Made by a program: the position numbers and the translations under genes
Notes under the pieces: generated by a model
Database searches by the model: none
What the model saw: the letters and a program-made list of their open reading frames with translations, nothing else
What the model was told of the DNA's origin: nothing
Origin: Blastocystis sp. Blastoise
Taxonomy: Eukaryota; Protista; Bigyra: Opalinata
Assembly: GCA_039096225.1 (NCBI GenBank)
Contig: JBBPEB010000013.1
Location: 868,001-932,000 of the forward strand
Reading direction: 5' to 3'
Length of the DNA stretch: 64,000 nucleotides
Shown here: one piece after another, positions 60,661 to 64,000 of the stretch
Position numbering within the stretch: the first letter of the stretch is position 1
Layout of the letters: every line of letters begins with the position of its first letter

Positions 60661-61862
60661 TTCATTGTCCAATCGTATTAATTTATATAATAACCGTGTT
60701 TATTAGATGTATTTATAGAATTTAAATTAATAAAAAATTAAAAGAATAATTCATATTATGACGTTAGGATTTGACAATTTGATCCAATCAATCGATTTTT
60801 AAGTTTCTATTAGAAGTTCGTTTATTGTACTATATAATTCTAAGAATTTTCTTTTTGGCAATTTTATCTATTTTTATTTATTTATATTCATTCCTTATTT
60901 TAATCAATATATACATTTATTTTGTTATATAACTTGTATTTATACTATTAATTCAATAGAATAACAATATAGACAAGGATCATAACATAATTGTCTGTAA
61001 TTGTTTTAAAAAATAAGTTTGATAGACAAATAAGCCATAAACAGCTATGAAATAAACTTCATTAAAAAGATAACATAGAATTACGTTATATAACATACTT
61101 TTAATTTACTGACAAATTAAATTAATCAATGAATACTTTATATAAGATCTATATATTTATAATATATGAGTTTATAAATATTATAAAGATGTTTTTAGAA
61201 AATAGAACTTATTTTTTGATAATTAACAGATTTGTTGATTCTTTATATTTTCATATATACTATTACAATGTCATAGTTACATTGTTTAAAGACAAATATA
61301 TAAATATTAATCTCAAATAACTGTTTTAAGAGTATGAACTGTGAATTGATTAACAAAAATATTTAATAGATGACGAGATTCATGTTAACAAGTTTTGATT
61401 GGTATATGGTATTAGTTTCTCTATACTATATCAAAAGGACAGATAGTTTTATAATGGATCAAGTAAAATGTCGAAATGGAAAATGTTGTTTAAAAATCAT
61501 GAATGTGTATGTGTTGTGTTTGGTTGCTTATGTTGAGCATACTGACCAGAATTCAGTTTAAAATAATAAACTACAGTCATTAAATTATTAATGATTGCTG
61601 AATATACTCTGTATTTGAGTATATTTTGAAAATAAAAAATGAATCTAAGTTTTAAAACTGCATTTAACTCAATTCTAACATATTTTGAATAAGATACACT
61701 GTTGAGAATAAAACAGATTACAACTCATTTCAGAAACTATGAAGTTTTGAAGGATGAAGAGCTATAAATAATTTAATAAATGCATTCATAAGTGTAAAAA
61801 GAACATATAATTAAAATGTTTATTAAATAAAATATCAATATATATATATATATAAGGAATGA

Positions 61863-61928
61863 CTTATGTCAGGAGTTGAACCTGATTGCTATCTAATTAT
61901 GATAGCCTCTCACCTTATAGAGCATAAG
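61863..61928 (-). ncRNA. tRNA-like cloverleaf (pseudo-tRNA or tRNA-derived element)
   Basis: CTTATG/CATAAG acceptor, CTCT/AGAG D-stem, GCTATC/GATAGC anticodon stem with 7-nt loop, TCAGG-TTCAACT-CCTGA T-arm containing a B box; linkers are non-canonical. Confidence 0.5.
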
Positions 61929-61967
61929 AGTAATAATAATAATGATAATAATATTAAAATACATAAT

Positions 61968-62026
<59 letters not shown>

Positions 62027-62899
62027 TTATAAATAAATAAAAAAATATTAAAATATATATAAAAAAAAACATAAATAAGTAGTATATAAATTAATGAAAT
62101 AATTAGTATAAATAAGAAATAAAAATGGGAAAATCTTTTTATTAATAAAAATAAATATTATATTAATAAGTATAACAGATAGAAATAATTAAAATATGAA
62201 GAGAAGTATGTATATATATATATATATATATATAGATATAAAAGATAATGAAAAATAAGAATTGAATATAGAAAAAAATTGAAGACAAGAATAAGGAGAA
62301 TAAGGGAAAATAAATAAAGAAGAAGAAAAATATTAATTAAATGAGAAGAAGAAGGAATTGATTAGAAGGATAAAGAGCGAAAAGAATTTATATGTATAAA
62401 GAAGAATTAGAGGAAGAGGAAGTACATATAGATAATAAGATAAGAAGATAAAAAAAAAAGAAAGATGGAGACTAGAAAGTCAAGTATAAGAGATAAAGAA
62501 GAAAGAATGTAGAGAAGAGTTAGAAGAACTATAAAGGAAAATCTATTAGAAAAGAAATAAAAATATGAGGAGAATACACATAAGAAGAACAAGTGAAGAT
62601 GTAGGAAAAGCAAATAAGACTATAATGTATATGGAAAAGATAATGAAAGTGAAAAACATTAAATATAAATGATATTCTGTATAATAAATATTGAAAATAA
62701 TGAGATATAGAAAAATAGATGAAATGGAATGAAATGAGAATAATATAAAGAGGAAAGAATTATAAGATATAAAAAGAAGATGCTGAAGAAGAAGGAGAGG
62801 AATGATATACAGAAGATATAGAAAGATAAGAAGCGAAAAATATAGAAAAAGTGGAAAAAGGATAAAAAGAAAGAGATATAGAGAAGGAGATTGAGAAGG

Positions 62900-63117
62900 A
62901 AAAACAGGAGATAAAGGATATATAGGAGAATAGAAAGAGAAGAAGGATAAATAGAAGAAGAAGACAGAGGAGGAGAAGAAGCATTAAATGAAGAAGAAGA
63001 AGGATTAAATGAAGAACAAGAAGAAAGATGAATAGAAGAAGAAGAAGATGATGATGAATAGAAGAAGAAGAAGAAATATGAATAGGAGAAGAAGAAGAAG
63101 AAGAAGAAGAAGAAGAA

Positions 63118-63150
<33 letters not shown>

Positions 63151-63323
63151 TAGAAGAAGAAGGAGAAGGAGACAGAGGAGGAGAAGAAGATGAATAGAAG
63201 AAGAAGAAGAAGAAGGAGAAGGAGAAGTAGAAGAAGAAGAAGAAGAAGAAGAAGAAGAAGAAGAAGAAGAAGAAGAAGAAGAAGAAGGAGAAGAAGAAGA
63301 AGAAGAAGAAGAAGAAGAAGAAG

Positions 63324-63355
<32 letters not shown>

Positions 63356-63480
63356 GAAGAAGAAGAAGAAGAAGAAGAAGAAGAAGAAGAAGAAGAAGAA
63401 GAAGAAGAAGAAGAAGAAGAAGAAGAAGAAGGAGAAGGAGAAAAAGATGAATAGAAGAAGAAGAAGGATATCAATGAAGA
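62900..63480 (+). repeat. (GAA)n/(GAT)n microsatellite within a purine-rich low-complexity tract
   Basis: Long GAA runs, 63190-63430. Confidence 0.95.
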
Positions 63481-64000
63481 GAAGGAGATTGAGAAGGAGA
63501 ACAAGGAAAAGAACGAAAAGAAAAAAAAAGAATATATCGAAAAAGAAGAATATATATATAAAGAAGAAGAAGAAGGAGAATAATTATATATAGACGAAGA
63601 ATAAGATAAACAGAAGATATAGAAAAGAAGGAGAAGGAAGAGAAAAGAAGAAGTACCATAGAAAAATATGTTGGAAAATAATGATAAATAGAAGATATAG
63701 AAGAAGAAGTAGAAGCAGAAAATATAGAAGAAAGATATATAGACAAGGATAGAGAAGAATAAGTAGAATATATATATATAGAAGAAGAAAAAAGGTGAAG
63801 AAGAATAAATAGAAGACATAGACGAAGAATAAGAAGATAAAGGAGGTACATAAGATATAGGAGGAGAATAATATGGAGAAAATGTAGAATAAGAATAATG
63901 ATAAATAGAAGAGGAAATGTAGATGAAGGAGATAGAAAGAAAAAGAATATACAGAGAAGAATGTATAGAAAGAGAAGAAGAAGAGAAGAAGAAAAATAAG

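Noticed and set aside
62407-63851. Long ORFs of poly-S, poly-R and poly-L/F
   Set aside because: By-products of the (GAA)n purine-rich microsatellite; no coding evidence

Overview
AT-rich eukaryotic (protist-like) DNA carrying two head-to-tail copies of an endogenous Polinton-like virus (PLV). The unit is about 22.3 kb once insertions are removed. It encodes two tyrosine recombinases, an AEP primase-SF3 helicase, two paralogous major capsid proteins, two minor capsid proteins, an A32-like packaging ATPase and an adenain-like protease; no pPolB or rve integrase is visible. Copy A (window start to ~48.4 kb) carries two near-identical ~13.5 kb intron-containing Helitrons, one of which splits the ATPase gene. 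Copy B (~48.4-60.55 kb) is cut off by a MULE-like terminus followed by microsatellite-rich DNA. Main unexplained signals: (1) long perfect heat-shock-element arrays (alternating GAA/TTC units) upstream of the recombinase, replication and small accessory genes but not the virion genes, suggesting a stress/HSF-inducible provirus; (2) a conserved -1 frameshift cassette predicted to fuse a basic core protein to the protease, Gag-Pro style; (3) a 118-bp GC-rich hairpin in the non-coding region between the tandem copies; (4) identical flanks at both Helitron insertions; (5) a precise intron loss between the two Helitron copies; (6) a TGTTTTGTT motif downstream of most viral genes. All protein calls come from motif recognition by eye, not database searches.
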